Part shown: piece by piece, positions 25,330-37,624 of the stretch | Layout of the letters: the number at the start of each line of letters is the position of its first letter | Numbering within the stretch: the stretch's first letter is position 1 | Origin: Lama guanicoe | Taxonomy: Eukaryota | Direction of reading: 5' to 3' | Length of the DNA stretch: 64,000 bases | Assembly: GCA_013239625.1 (NCBI GenBank) | Contig: MU054187.1 | Coordinates: 18,716,711-18,780,710 of the forward strand | Notes under the pieces: generated by a model | The model's database searches: none | The model's input: the letters and a program-made list of their open reading frames with translations, nothing else | What the model was told of the DNA's origin: nothing | Program-made: the position numbers and the translations under genes

Positions 25330-27410
25330 TTGTTGTGTTTAACTATGAAATGTGTCAAACACACAGAGAAGCACAGAGAGTAATGTTACAAATACCCACC
25401 CCACTGGAACAACAGATTTCAACAATTTTCCTTATTTGCATCTATTTAATATGGATAGATAGTAAATAGATTTTGATGTAATTGATGACCCCTTGATACT
25501 GTTCCCCAGCCCCATTCTTCTCTCTCCCCAGAAGTAACCATCATAGTAAAGTTGCTGCATATACTTCCTGTCTATGCATTTATACTTTGATTCTACAACT
25601 GAAGTGCAACATTGTACATATGTTTTTAAATTTTGCAAAAATGGTATTACATGGCATTATATTTTATCCTAGTTTTCACGATTTCTTTGAGGGCTGTCAA
25701 TGTTATTAGCTATAGATCTAGTTTACTAGGACTCTTCCCAAAAAAGTGACCAGTTGGATCTCTGACCCCTGGCTACATTTGGAAGGATGGACTATCCCAG
25801 ATTGTGTCTCTCTGACAGATTCTTCATCTTATTCATCAAACTGTCAACTTCCTGAGACCAAAATGCCAGTCCAGAAAATAACATTTGCTAAGACAAGGAA
25901 CAAGAGCTACTTAAAGAAACCATCTAAAGAGGAAACTAAGCCCTTTAAGTATAAATTAAAAAGAGGGGGGAGGACAGTGAACTTCTTCATACCATTTTTG
26001 ATCTCAGTCTCCTGGAGTTTTTTTTTTTTTTTTTTCTCTTCCTCAGCCCTGCAGAAGCAACCAATATTTCAACTATTTCCACCTTTGGTTAAATTTGCCT
26101 GTTCCAGAGCTTCATGAAAATAGGATCATATGGTATGTGCTCTTTTGTGTTATGCTTTTTTCATTCAGCATAAGGTTTTTGAGAAGCACTCACACTGTTG
26201 CATGGACATAGTTCATTCCTTTTTTATTGCTGCATAATGTTTCATTTTATGAATATACCACAATTTATTTATCCATTTTCCTACTTGTAGACACCTGGCC
26301 TGTTTCTCATTTTTGGCTGTTATGTATAATGCTATATAAGTATGTTTTCAGTTTGCTTGGGTAGTTACACAGGAGTAGGACTGCAGGTCACATGTTAAAT
26401 GTATATTTAACCGTATAGGGCACTACCATACTGTTTTCTAAAGTGGCTGTACCCTTTTGCACTCTGACTAGCAGTGAATGAGTTCCAATGGCTTTACATT
26501 CCTGTCAACATTTACTATTGTCAGTCTTTTTAATTTTTAGTCATTCTTGTGGGTGTGTATCACATTGATTTTTTTCACTGATAGCGTATCAGCTAAAACA
26601 AATTTTAAAAACACAAACAAGATTATATATAGCAAATATATTTGAAATATGTTTATATATATTTAGAGGAAAGGCATTCAAGAAAATCTAATAAATATTA
26701 TCCTAAAAGTATACTCATGTTTGGTATACAACAAAGCAAATTTAAAGAATGATGTCATTAAATAAATCTTTATAACAGTTCTAAACTCTTATGTATCTAA
26801 GAATGTAGCTTCAAAATCTCATTATGGTTTTAATTTGTTGTCTCTGATGACTAGATGTTGAACATCTTTTCATGTATTTATTTGTTATTCACATATCTTT
26901 TTTTGGAAATATTTGTAAAATTTATTGCTTAGTTTTTAAGTGGCATTGTTCATCTTATTCTTAAGTCATAAGTGTTCTTTATAAATTGGGCCAAGTATAT
27001 GTTTTACTAAAATATTTCCAGTCTTGTGGCTTATCATTAAGAGCAACAATTTTTAATCTTGATGAAGCCCATTTATCATTTTTTTAATTTTACATTTTGT
27101 GCTCTTGTGTCCTGCTTAAGTACCCTTTGTCTAAAGTAATGTCACAATGATTTTCTTCTGTTTTCTTCTAAAAGTTTAATTAGTTTTAGCCCTTACATTT
27201 AGGTCTATGATCCATTTGGAGTTAACTTTTGTATATTTTGAAGTGAGGGTCAAGGTTAATTTTTTTTTTCCATATAGAATGTCCAGTGGTGCCAGTACCT
27301 CCTATTGACTCTGTTTTCCGTATCGAATTCTCTAACTTGGTACCTTCATTGAAAATGAATTGATCATATAAATGTGGGTCTATTTTTAGAAACTATATTC
27401 TGTTCCAAAT
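25330..27410 (-). mobile_element. Old L1 (L1MB/MC/ME-like) 3' UTR and ORF2 fragments
   Basis: 'gaatataccacaatttatttatccatt', 'aaagtggctgtacccttttgcactc', 'ttacatttaggtctatgatccattt'. Confidence 0.8.
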
Positions 27411-27480
27411 ACAAATTCTTTTTCCTGCCAGCATTTTGGAATTTCACAACTTAAAGAGCTACCTGTTCATATTTATTCTT

Positions 27481-27574
27481 TTTTTTTAACTGAAAAGTTG
27501 ACTTACAATGTTAGTTTCTGGTGAAGAGCATAGTGATTCAGTTACATATATATTACTTTTCATTAGAGGTCATT
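27481..27574 (-). mobile_element. 94-bp truncated L1 3' end
   Basis: Perfect 17-bp TSD tgttcatatttattctt at 27464-27480 and 27575-27591; poly-T. Confidence 0.88.
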
Positions 27575-27829
27575 TGTTCATATTTATTCTTGCATCTCTG
27601 ATAAATATTTCCTCATCCTGGTCACCATCTATGGCAATAGGAAGGGTCAGGCATTTGATCTTCTCTCCTGTCTCTGCTTTCTTTCTCTTGCCCTCTCAAC
27701 ACTTCAGACATCCATGTCAGCTTCTACGGCTTTAAAATAATTAAAAAATCAACTTACCTGAGGTTCTCACTTCCATAGTTTTCTAATCCTTAACAGATAA
27801 TGAAACGTCCACGGGCTTCAATGTTAGTA

Positions 27830-28060
27830 ACGATAGCTAACACTTCTGCCATGTCTTGTCACTGATCTAAGCACTTTAAAAGTTATTTAATTGTCCCAAC
27901 AACCTTGTGAAGTGTAAATTCTTATCCCTATTCACAGAAGAGGAATCGGAAACCCTGAGGGGCTGTGTGCTTTGTCCGAGTTTGTTCTTACACACAGTAA
28001 GGAGCTGAACTGGGGTGCACACCCAGTCTGCCACCAGAGCCTGTCTGCTTCACCAGAATG
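27830..28060 (-). mobile_element. MIR
   Basis: 'atagctaacactt...ctaagcacttt...aacaaccttgtgaagt...tatccctattcacagaagaggaa'. Confidence 0.8.
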
Positions 28061-28104
28061 CTAAATCGCTGAATCACCCACCAAATGACTTTATTCGTAG
28101 ACTG

Positions 28105-28665
28105 TGTTACTGAACAAAAGTTCATGGGCGCAACACACGCTGAGGGCAGACAAACCAAAATGTCAGAGTTTGGCTCAGAGAAAGGTTTATTGCAAGGCCC
28201 AGCAAGAAGAATGGGCAGCTCATGCTCAAAACCCCCAAACTCTCTGGTGGTTTTTGGAAAACATTTTAAAGGTGAAATTTGGGGTGAGGGCTGCAGGGTG
28301 TGTGGCTTTCTTCTGATTGGTTGATGAGGAGGCAACAGGGGCAGTGTTCAAGGGATCTTCTGACGGTGCCATCTCCACCTGGGCGGGAGGCTTTAATTCT
28401 TCCAGAAGAACTCAAAAGATACTGTTCTGTATGTTTCTTGAGGAGGAACCGGGACTCTGCCCCAAGGCTGCACTATTGTTTCTTGTCTGTTTCTCCCTGT
28501 CTCTGCATTCCCTCCCTTCCCTGATTAGCAACTATTTGAATCTGCCCTTTGGAACTCAGGGAGAGTCAAGGAGGCCAAATGAAGCCTATTTACTACAAAC
28601 AAGAAATGGGGGACACAGGAAGGATTTGTACCAGGGAGGACCCCAGAGGGTCGTGCTCTGTTTCA
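28105..28665 (-). mobile_element. Solo ERV1-type LTR (MER41-like layout)
   Basis: TG...CA termini; on the minus strand CCAAT (28316-28320), TTTAAAA (28264-28270), AATAAA (28186-28191) in LTR order. Confidence 0.8.
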
Positions 28666-30134
28666 ATTACACACAATTTGTATTATTTTTAAGTTAATAT
28701 TTTGCTATTAAGTGGAGCTGTAAGGGATCTTAGAAAGCATTTTCCCAGTGACAAAACTGAAGTCCAAAGAGAACTAAGCCGGGAGCAGAACCAGGCCTTA
28801 GCCTTGGAGGCCCGAGGACTTTCCCTTCATCCACGCTGCCTTCTCGGACTTGGGGACTTCTTGCTTTGGCCTTCACCACCTTTTGGCATCTCCAGATCTT
28901 GGGGTCCCCAGGATGTAGCACTGTGTGCTTCCAGAGAACCGCATCCCATTCTTCAGCCTCTCTGCACTGCTCGCCAGGTCATCAATAAGACCTACTCTCA
29001 ACCACCTGTCCCGGCCAGAGAGTCACCTAGTGAACTCATCCAATGGTCTCCTCCAGGCAGTACTTAAATGGACATTTGTATTAAACTCTATGTCTATGAG
29101 AACATACATATAAGATATAATCGAATGCTCTCCAAGGGCTTATAAATACTGTCATCAACTACTATTATTAAATCTTGAAAAGTCTCTGTACAGAACAAAT
29201 TTTACACACATAACTGACCCAATGCTCCCTCTGCCCTTCTACTTTTATTTCTTCTTCATAGAGTTTATAAATGCATTGTGTGGTTTCTTTGTCCAACATG
29301 ATTGTACTTTATGGTATAGAGAAATGAATATTTATTTGAAATTAGCAATCTTGATTTCCAGGTCCTCTCTGTCACTTATCAGCTGGGTGACCGTCAACTT
29401 TTATTTAACCTCTCTGAGCCTCTTGCCTAATCTATAAAGGAGGATGACAGTCATACCTACTTTCACTGGGTTGTTGTGGGAGTCAAAAGAGATACAAAAT
29501 GCTTTGAAAACGCTAACTTTGTGAGAGCTATAGAAGAAGGAACTTGAGCTTCAGAGTCAAAAGAGATGGGTTTCTCACAACAGAATACCTGACAGAGTCT
29601 GTGATAGCAAAGCCACGTCGAGGAGGTGGGTGGTTGGAAAGGTTCACCCAGGAGCTAAGAGCATGGATTCTGACCCTGGCTGGCCCCGTACCTCATTCAC
29701 ATACTTCCTTCAGGAAATCACAAGTTGTTACAAGTCATGACCCTTCTTGAATAATCAAGCCAAAATTGTCCAGGAGCGCATTTCGGAGATTTGAATAGAG
29801 AAGGTCTTGAAGGACAGGAAAAGAACATTCTAAAAGACGGATACAGTAATTCTGTCATCTCATTCATTCATCCTTCAATCAACTTTCACTGTCTATAGTG
29901 TTAGATGCTAGGCATTATTTTAGATACTGGAGATATCAAAAAGAAGAAGATTAATGGTGCTTCTAAAACTTCTTGAGGGAGGAGGGGTGTTGTGTGGTGG
30001 GTGGGGCAAGTCGAAGGTGATAATCTGGTTGGCAAAGCCTGAGTGAAGGAGGGGAGGGAGCTTGTCTTGGGGAGGGCTGATGGAAATGGGGAACCTTCTG
30101 CTGAAAGATGTAATCCTTCCTCATCATTAAAGAA

Positions 30135-30303
30135 GGGGGAGGGTATAGCTCAGCGGTAGAGTGCTTGCTTAGCATGCATGAAGCCCTGGGTTCAATCCCC
30201 AGTACCTCCATTATAAATATGTACATACATACAAACACCTAATTACATCTCCCATAAAAGAATCAAATTTAAAAAAAAAGAAAGGAAGGAAGAAAGAAAG
30301 AAA
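30135..30303 (+). mobile_element. tRNA-Ala-derived SINE (first of a tandem pair)
   Basis: gggtatagctcagcggtagag...cttagcatgc...ctgggttcaatccccagtacctcca. Confidence 0.92.
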
Positions 30304-30463
30304 GAGGAGGGAGAGTATAGCTCAAGCGGCAGAGCGCATGCTTGACTTGCACGAGGTCCCAGATTCAATCCTCAGCACCTCCTCCAAATAGAAATTAATG
30401 AATAAACCCAAAAAGAAAAAAGGAAAGAAAGAAAGAAAGAAAAAAGGAAAGAAAGAAGGAAAA
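30304..30463 (+). mobile_element. tRNA-Ala-derived SINE (second of a tandem pair) with GAAA tail
   Basis: gtatagctcaagcggcagag...gaggtcccagattcaatcc; (GAAA)n tail. Confidence 0.88.
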
Positions 30464-30992
30464 CTTAAAAAATAAAGGAGAGTTTACTATCTAATGGCGG
30501 AGACAGGCATAGAAACGCAGAATGACCATACATATGATAGCTGTGTGAAGGAGCGATGCACACAGTGATATGGAAACACACACAAAACATCAATTCAAGT
30601 TGAGAAGAGCCCTGCAGCCTGAGGGCAGACACGGGATTTCTGGTTCTTAGACCAGTGGTCTGTGCCCCTAGGGCTTCTCTTGCTGTCAACAGCCCCTCAC
30701 CTGCCACTTACAGAAAGTCAAAAGTACTTTCACATTCTGAGTTTTATTTCATTTAATAAAAATAGGAGTGGAAAATGGGATCATTTCTATTCGAGAGGGG
30801 AGGAAACAGGTAGAGAGCTTACCCAGTCACAAGTTAGTGAACAGCAGAGTGGGAATTACAGTGCAGTTTTTCTGCCTCTTAGTTAAAAATACTTTTCTAG
30901 CATGAAAAAGTGACTTGATTGTCAATCAGATAAGAACATTTTTGGACTGTTTTGAACCTTCATAGATCTAATTTCACCTTTTCTTTCCTGTT

Positions 30993-31022
30993 GTGTGTGT
31001 GTGTGTCTGTGTGTGTGTGTGT
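30993..31022. repeat. (GT)n microsatellite
   Basis: Interrupted GT run. Confidence 0.9.
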
Positions 31023-31291
31023 TTGGTTCTAGAACATAGTGTTTGGAGTCTTCTGCCACTGTGATTCAAACAAGCAAGAACATGAATTATATTCTGGGGC
31101 CCAAAGGCCTTATATTTTCAAAGTCGCTGTAATTATAGTCCAGCCACGTTCTACCCTTAGGAAAGAATCTTGCAGTTTTTGCAACTGTCAAATGAAAGGC
31201 TTAGGCTACAATCACTCAGTGCTAACATTCTATGATTCGTTTTTATAACCATCGGTGTAATTTTAAAGTATTCATTAAAAGGACACAGACA

Positions 31292-31429
31292 GAAGGGAGG
31301 GTATTTGCTCAAGTGGTAGAGCTCATGCTTAGTATGCACGAGGTCCTGGGTTCAATCCCCAGTTCCTCCTCTAAAAATAAATAAATAAACCTAATTACCT
31401 CCCACCACCCTTCCCACCCCCCAAAAAGT
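31292..31429 (+). mobile_element. tRNA-Ala-derived SINE (Vic-1-like)
   Basis: TSD ttaaaaggacac(a/t)gaca at 31275-31291 and 31430-31446. Confidence 0.93.
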
Positions 31430-32329
31430 TTAAAAGGACACTGACACACCCATATACGCATACTGAAAACAAGTACAGACAATCACAAACCAAAATGTTA
31501 ATAATCGCCATTTTGAGTAGTTGGATCATATTTTTTTTCCTCCTTTTTCTTAAGTATCTACTTTCTATTTTACAGTAAGTATGGATAGCTTGTATAATTT
31601 AGGTAATAAATATATAATTCCACTTAGTACTGAAACTGTGCCAGAAACGTTATCAGCACTTGGCAAAATCTAGCATACTTAGGGTACAATGGAGTCTTTT
31701 CTGCAAGTCCATGTTTAAAATTTCAGGTTCATTAGTGAGGATAAGAAATACCGATTTTTGACAAATGAATGTTAATTTGATAAGTGCTGTTATATAGCCA
31801 AAGGGAATTGCTTAGATAAGTGTTGGCTGATTATTACCTGAAGATACAGTGATTTCTGTTACTCCCTATCTTTATGACATATGACCACACCAAGATTAAA
31901 AGACCCCGATTTAAGCGCTTATAATTTAGAGGAGTTTAATTTTATGAGGTCGATATGGGGTTAGACTTTGAAGATAAAAATTGTGCCAGGTCACAATGGC
32001 CCCTGAAAATACTTAAATCATCTCCCAAATATAGTGTGTACCCTGAAATTGCATTTATGACAGAGTAGAATTTTACTAACTTTATCTTGGTCTTCTGGGG
32101 TCCACAATGAATTCTTCAGCTTCTCGGAGACGCCACCACTCCCCACCTTCCTGGCTCTGTGAGCCTTTAAGTCACTCATCATCATTCAGAGCCTCCTGTG
32201 GGATGACGCTTCACTGCCTGGGAGCATCAGCGCTCATTATCCTGTTATTTTTCTTTTATTCTTTCTCTCCTACTTCTTTGGTCCTTATAATCTACATATG
32301 TCCACACTGCTCATATGTGGTGCCATTTT

Positions 32330-32511
32330 TGTTGTTGTTTGAGAGGGGAGGAAATTAGTTTTATTTATTTATTTTACTTTTATTTTTTGGAAGGGGGAGA
32401 AATTAGGTTTATTTACTTACTATTTTTAGTGGAGGTATCAGGGACTGAACCCAGGACCTCAGGTATGCTAAACCCGCACTCTACCACTGAGCTATACCCT
32501 CCCCCCTCCTC
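32330..32511 (-). mobile_element. tRNA-Ala-derived SINE with duplicated 3' unit
   Basis: TSD tg(t/c)ggtgccatttt at 32316-32329 and 32512-32525. Confidence 0.92.
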
Positions 32512-33623
32512 TGCGGTGCCATTTTAAGAGAGTAATATTTATTCACAAATAACCACAGAACAAGACCAAGTGAGTTGTGTCAAGAGACCAGCTGCTGAGG
32601 TAGGTTGGGAAAAATGGAAAAGAGCAGGAAAAAGTGATATGTCAGCTGGGCTTGTGTTCTCTGAGTAGTATTTCTGAACTGTCGGAGGGTGTGTGTGTGT
32701 GTGTGTGTGTCAGGCTGTGTGCTGGAGGCTGGGGACACACCTAGCCAACAAGGACACTGTTGACAACTGCACACATGGAATTTCTAGTCTAGCGTGGGAG
32801 ATGGCCATTCATCAGTCACACGGATAAGCGGAAGAAGCAAGGAATAGAAATGCAGGAGGTGTGGGGCGGGAACACTGAGCACCGCTATGGACTTCAGCAC
32901 ACGGCCAATGTCAGGAAAGAGCTCAGAAAATCCAATCTGGGGGCAATATCTGCTCATTAGGCAGAAGCAGAAATCACATTTTCTGAGAGCTCACCACGTC
33001 CCCAGGCTGTCTGGTGAGGGGGTCTTTGCTTATATCCTACGCAGTCCTTAAAACACCCTTGAGAGGTTGAGCCTATGAACCATGGTTTTTAAATGACCAA
33101 TGGAGGTGCAGAGAGGTCAAGGAATTTGCACCAACCTGGAAAACTAGGAAGGGTCAAGAAGAGATCCTCGGTGCCAGGCTTGGAAGTTCGGGCTTTATTT
33201 GGTTGACAGTGAACAACTGCTTCTGCGCTGGGGCGTGGCTTGAGGGTTTATCTGAGGTAGGAGAGGAAAGATTTGGTGAGATCAGTGAGGAAGCTATTGC
33301 ACAAGCGTAGACCGGAGGTGAGGAACACTGTACCTGTGTGTGAGGGAAAACCCTGGGAGATGGGGGTAGGGGGTAGGGGGCAAGAGGTAGCGAGAATTCA
33401 TATGTTAAAAAATATACCTAATACTTATTGATTTTTTTCTTCCAAGTATTAACAGCTTTCCATGGAATGTTTCATTGTATTCTAAGGATAACCACGTGGT
33501 GGGTAGATACCATTATTGTGCCCAACTTGCAAATGAGGATTCCAAGGCAGGGCAGATTCCACGTGCCCAGATTCACACAGCTAGTGAGGGCAGTACTGGA
33601 ACTGAACTGAACTTGCAGAATCT

Positions 33624-33718
33624 CTTTTTTTTAATGGAGGTACTGGGGATTGAACCCAGGACTCTGTGCATGCTAAGCATGCACTCTACCACTGAGCTAT
33701 ATATACCCACCCACCCCC
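33624..33718 (-). mobile_element. tRNA-Ala-derived SINE, short form
   Basis: tggaggtactggggattgaacccagg...gcatgctaagcatgcactctaccactgagcta. Confidence 0.92.
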
Positions 33719-34636
33719 AAGAATTCATACTTTATCTTGAAAAACTCCCAAATGCACAGAATGATGTAACAAATGAACATGTATCTACCCCGAGGCTTAA
33801 TTTAGGCTGCTACATTTTGCAGCTTGTAAAATAAAAATATTTAATATTCTACTGTCACAGACAGAATCCAAGTCAAATATGGACAAAAGCATAGACTAGT
33901 TAACAGGATGAGACAGATCGACAATCAGTATGTTTTACCTGTAAGACAGTTCATCCGATTGAGTATTTAAGGTATAATGAATTCCTACATCTTCTAAACG
34001 GCAGTCTTTATTTTCGATTCGGTCTCTATTCAACTTTGGGCGGGCTCACTTGGTGATGCTTCTATACCGTGTATTTCCTACGCTACCTGTCATCATCAGA
34101 TGATGTGGAGAGATTACTGGCTGGCCCTGCTGCCTGCCAGCTGCTACTCCAGGGGAAAGAGCTAGGTCTCAGGTGCGCGGAGAGGAAGTGGAGGGTAGGA
34201 CTGACCCTCCCACCTCCTCCCATTCCTCTGCCTCCCGCCCCTGTGCTGGAGGAGGGGGTGAAGCGGCGTCTCCACCCACAAGGGGGCTCCTTAGAGCCCT
34301 CAGTCACTGGATGCGCCGGCATCGCTGGTTCGTGCTGCGGGGGAAGGAATTTAAGAGCAGTTCGCCCAGCCCTGCTTCTGGCCTGAGGGTTTAAAGATTC
34401 CAAGACGGTCCTCTAACCACGTGTAAGATCGGCCTGCGTCAGGCCCCGGTGTTGTGATCTTATCTAGTTTCCCCAGTGTGTTCAGAGAGTTTATGGTGAA
34501 ATTGTTTAATGTTTGGGCCAGACTCTCAGCTGAAAAGCACGAAGTGAGGCTCTTTGCACTTCGGTACAATCCTGCCTTAGGTTTATTTTTCTGCCGACCC
34601 AGAAAAGCCTGCCAGGTGATAAGGTACAGGTTTGCG

Positions 34637-34945
34637 ATTCTTCGTGTGGTCCCGCGGTACCCACCCCCGAACCAGAATCGGTTAGAAAGACGGACAGTGG
34701 GGAGGGTATAACTCAGTGGTAGAGTGCATGTTTGGCCTGCAGAGGTCCTGGATTCAGTCCCCAGTACCTCCATTTAAAAAAAAAGAAAGAAAGAAAGAAA
34801 CCTAATTAACAACCCACCCCCAATTTTTTTTTTTTAAAGAGAAGCAGACAATCGGGCCCCACCCTAGACCTTCTGAATCAGAATCTGCATTTTAAACAAG
34901 ACCCCGCCAGGTGATTGTGTGCACATTAAAGTTTGAGGAGCCCAG
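34637..34945. mobile_element. MER5A split by a SINE
   Basis: 'gggccccaccctagaccttctgaatcagaatctgcattttaaacaag...ggtgatt...gcacattaaagtttgag'. Confidence 0.85.
34699..34838 (+). mobile_element. tRNA-Ala-derived SINE (Vic-1-like)
   Basis: ggggagggtataactcagtggtagag...ccccagtacctcca plus A/GAAA tail. Confidence 0.88.
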
Positions 34946-36131
34946 GGCTAGCCTGCTGCGGACCGGAGATTCAGCCCGAAATTCTGCGGGAAAACCATGA
35001 ATACTGATTAATTGCTGTAAGGTTGATCAGAATTTCAAAGGAGAGAGATGCCCGGCCACTGAATTACATTTCTACAAAGCCCAAAGTAGGACAAAAGAAG
35101 GGTTTATGGTCTTAAGAGCCTTTAATTGATGGTATTTAAAACAAAGCACAACCTTCCTGGAGGAGCACGTGCCCCTGCCGCAGGCCCGCGGGCCTCCAAA
35201 CCTCTCTGCCTCGCAGATAAACCCATTGAAAGAATGTGTGAATGATTTTAAGAGTTGTCCGGGCTTTTGGGCAAAGAAATACTTCCTGAGAATTTGAAAA
35301 ACTCTTATTGGAGTCCAAACAAAGGGGGAAGGAGTGGGGTTTTTTGCCTTCTTCTATTTTTAAAGGCAGTATTTAACGTCTAATTCTTCCCGGTACTCTG
35401 AGGCCTGGGAAGTGTGAGGACTCAGCCGGAAGGCTGCATTTCAAACCCTGACACCCTTCGCTGAGTCACGGGGGAGCGGCAGCTACCTGACCGGTTTAGA
35501 CCTCAGTTTCTTCCCCCCAAAACGGATGATAATAATTCCTACCTCCCTGGGTCCTGTAGTCAGACGGGGGCCCGGCAGAGTGAGCTTTATATTTTGCTTA
35601 CAAAACAATGAACTGAAAGTGTCCGGCTTTGCTCACTCCCCCAAAGTTATTGCCATCAGAGTCGAACCAGTGTCTCTGATCCCTGCCAGTCCTGTCTGCA
35701 GTCTCATCGCTGCCCACTTCTGTCCTCCCTGGGAGCCGGGCTCCAGCCACACTGGCCTAACTTCCTCCCTGCAAGCAGGCTCCATTGGTTCCCATCTTCT
35801 GGCTTCATCCTGGCCCGTTTTTCCGGCCTGAGCTTCGCCCAGGAGATTTCCCTGTCACTCAGGCTCAGCCCCACAGCCCCTCCAGCTCTCTAGCTCCTGC
35901 CCCTTTGACATTTGCTTCTCAGTATGCATCCCTCTGTGACCTTGTTTTAGGTTCACTTGTCTGCGTACCTGCTGTCTGACTCCCCCAGCATGCCAGCAAG
36001 CGCCATTCTGTCACGCTGTTTCCCAGTGCCTAGAATCGGGCCTGACCCAGGTGGGCCTCAGAGAACATTTGTTGAATGAAAGAATGAGTGAATGAACGCA
36101 TGAGTCAATGAAATAAGAAATGTCCCAGGAA

Positions 36132-36190
36132 TAACACAACACTGTAAATCAACTGTACTTCCATTTGTAAACAATTAAATTAAATTTAAA
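36132..36190 (+). mobile_element. 59-bp truncated L1 3' end
   Basis: TSD aaatgtc(c/t)caggaa at 36118-36131 and 36191-36204; 'aacacaacactgtaaatcaactgtacttc'. Confidence 0.8.
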
Positions 36191-37424
36191 AAATGTCTCA
36201 GGAAGAAACACTTGAGGACCCCAGGGAAAATCAAGATTTGCATCCTTTGTCTTAATAGCCACTCAGGAGAGAGGAGTGAAGGGGAGGAACCCAGAGAGGG
36301 CTCCTGGGCAGCCGTCCCAGGCCGCCTTCACCCTCTGCGCCAGTCCCCCACGGTGCCGCTAATGTCGCACTGAGGATCTTCAGGCTGGCATCCGTTCATC
36401 TCCCCAGAGGGACTTCTGCTCCTTGAGCAAAAAGCCTGTCCTATGACATTTCTCTGTGCTTGTCACATCAGGCAGGCATATAATAGGTGCTCAACAAAAA
36501 TATTAGGTGAATGAACAAATATAAACAAACGTGCTGGATTACATTTCAGGTCAATACCAACAAAGTTACTGATGATTGCTTTGGGAAATAGAGAATTTTT
36601 AGTGAATGAAGATTTGTTTCAACTTTATGTCCTAGAGGACTGTTAAAGGAGGGCAGGCACATGGAATATAAGGTATACTTTGGTGCTTGGTGGCCCAGCG
36701 TGGAGGGTTTTTAGGGGACAGGGAGGAACTGGGGGCGGGACACCAGAAAGCAAAGTCCAAGGCTGAAAAAGTATGCTGCCTGTTTATTGCAAGAAGACTG
36801 GGGACAGAGAGGCAGTTCTATGGGGAAGGACACCTGGGTTTTCCTGGAAGGAGGTAGCAGTCACCTGGCCCTGTTCGACCTTGGTCCTGGGAGTGGAATG
36901 GAGGGGAACAGGCCCAGTGGGGGCCTAGTCCTGGGTGCTGGGGATGTGGGTGGGAGGTGGGGCCTGGAGGAGGGCCAGGATATCCTCGGGGAGTCGGCTA
37001 GTCTCTGAAGTACCTTTACATAGATAAATGAGGGTGGGGAGAGAGGGACAGCCAGCTACTCCCCCAGGGAGAACAGAGGGAGGTTCTGCAAAACCAGCAC
37101 TCAGGTGACCCTAAGAATTCAAGCCTTTCATTAAACCCCACCTGAAGGCCAATTGTTCTGCAATCTACAGAGCGGTTTTGGCTCTAGGCTTATCTAAATC
37201 CAGTCTTGGGGGGAAGGGTGTGGGGTTTTTTCCCTTTAAAATGGGAGGACAAAGGGGACAGCTCACATAACAAAAGCTTTTTTTTTTTAATGGCTGGAAT
37301 TTAAACACTTCAAAAAAAAAAACCCAACAAAACACCCTACAAAAAGTAAGTTAGACCTTTGCTTTGAAAACTGCATCTTTCCCACTACCCCCATTCATAG
37401 TAAACACACAAATGGGTCTCCCTT

Positions 37425-37624
37425 ATTTTTTAAATTTTTTTGTTGAATTTTTTCATTTGTTTTATTTTTTAGATTCTACATCTAAGTGATAACATACAGT
37501 ATTTGTCTTGCTCTGACTGTTTCACTAAGCATGAAACCCTCCAGGTCCATCCACATTGTTGCAAATGGCAAAATTTCATTATTATGGCTGAGTAGTATTT
37601 CTTGCCTCTGGACCACATCCTCTC
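37425..37624 (-). mobile_element. L1 3' UTR fragment
   Basis: 'ttagattctacatctaagtgataacatacagtatttgtc...ggtccatccacattgttgcaaatggc'; TSD caaatg(g/a)gtctcc. Confidence 0.85.

Larger units (their letters stand above)
34000..35600. promoter_or_regulatory. CpG-retaining promoter/enhancer-like region
   Basis: Elevated CpG over about 1.6 kb, a GGGCGGG box near 34038, TA-rich boxes near 34350 and 34390, AP-1 site TGAGTCA at 35463-35469. Confidence 0.5.

Noticed and set aside
28085..29067. Cluster of overlapping 70-126 aa ORFs
   Set aside because: They lie in or next to a solo LTR and show no gag, pol or env similarity
33475..33834. Recurring peptide MEVLGIEPRT...CMLS in several ORFs
   Set aside because: Antisense translation of the SINE head, not a protein family
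34090..34106. snoRNA-like TGATGA box and small hairpin
   Set aside because: No convincing C/D box pair with a terminal stem
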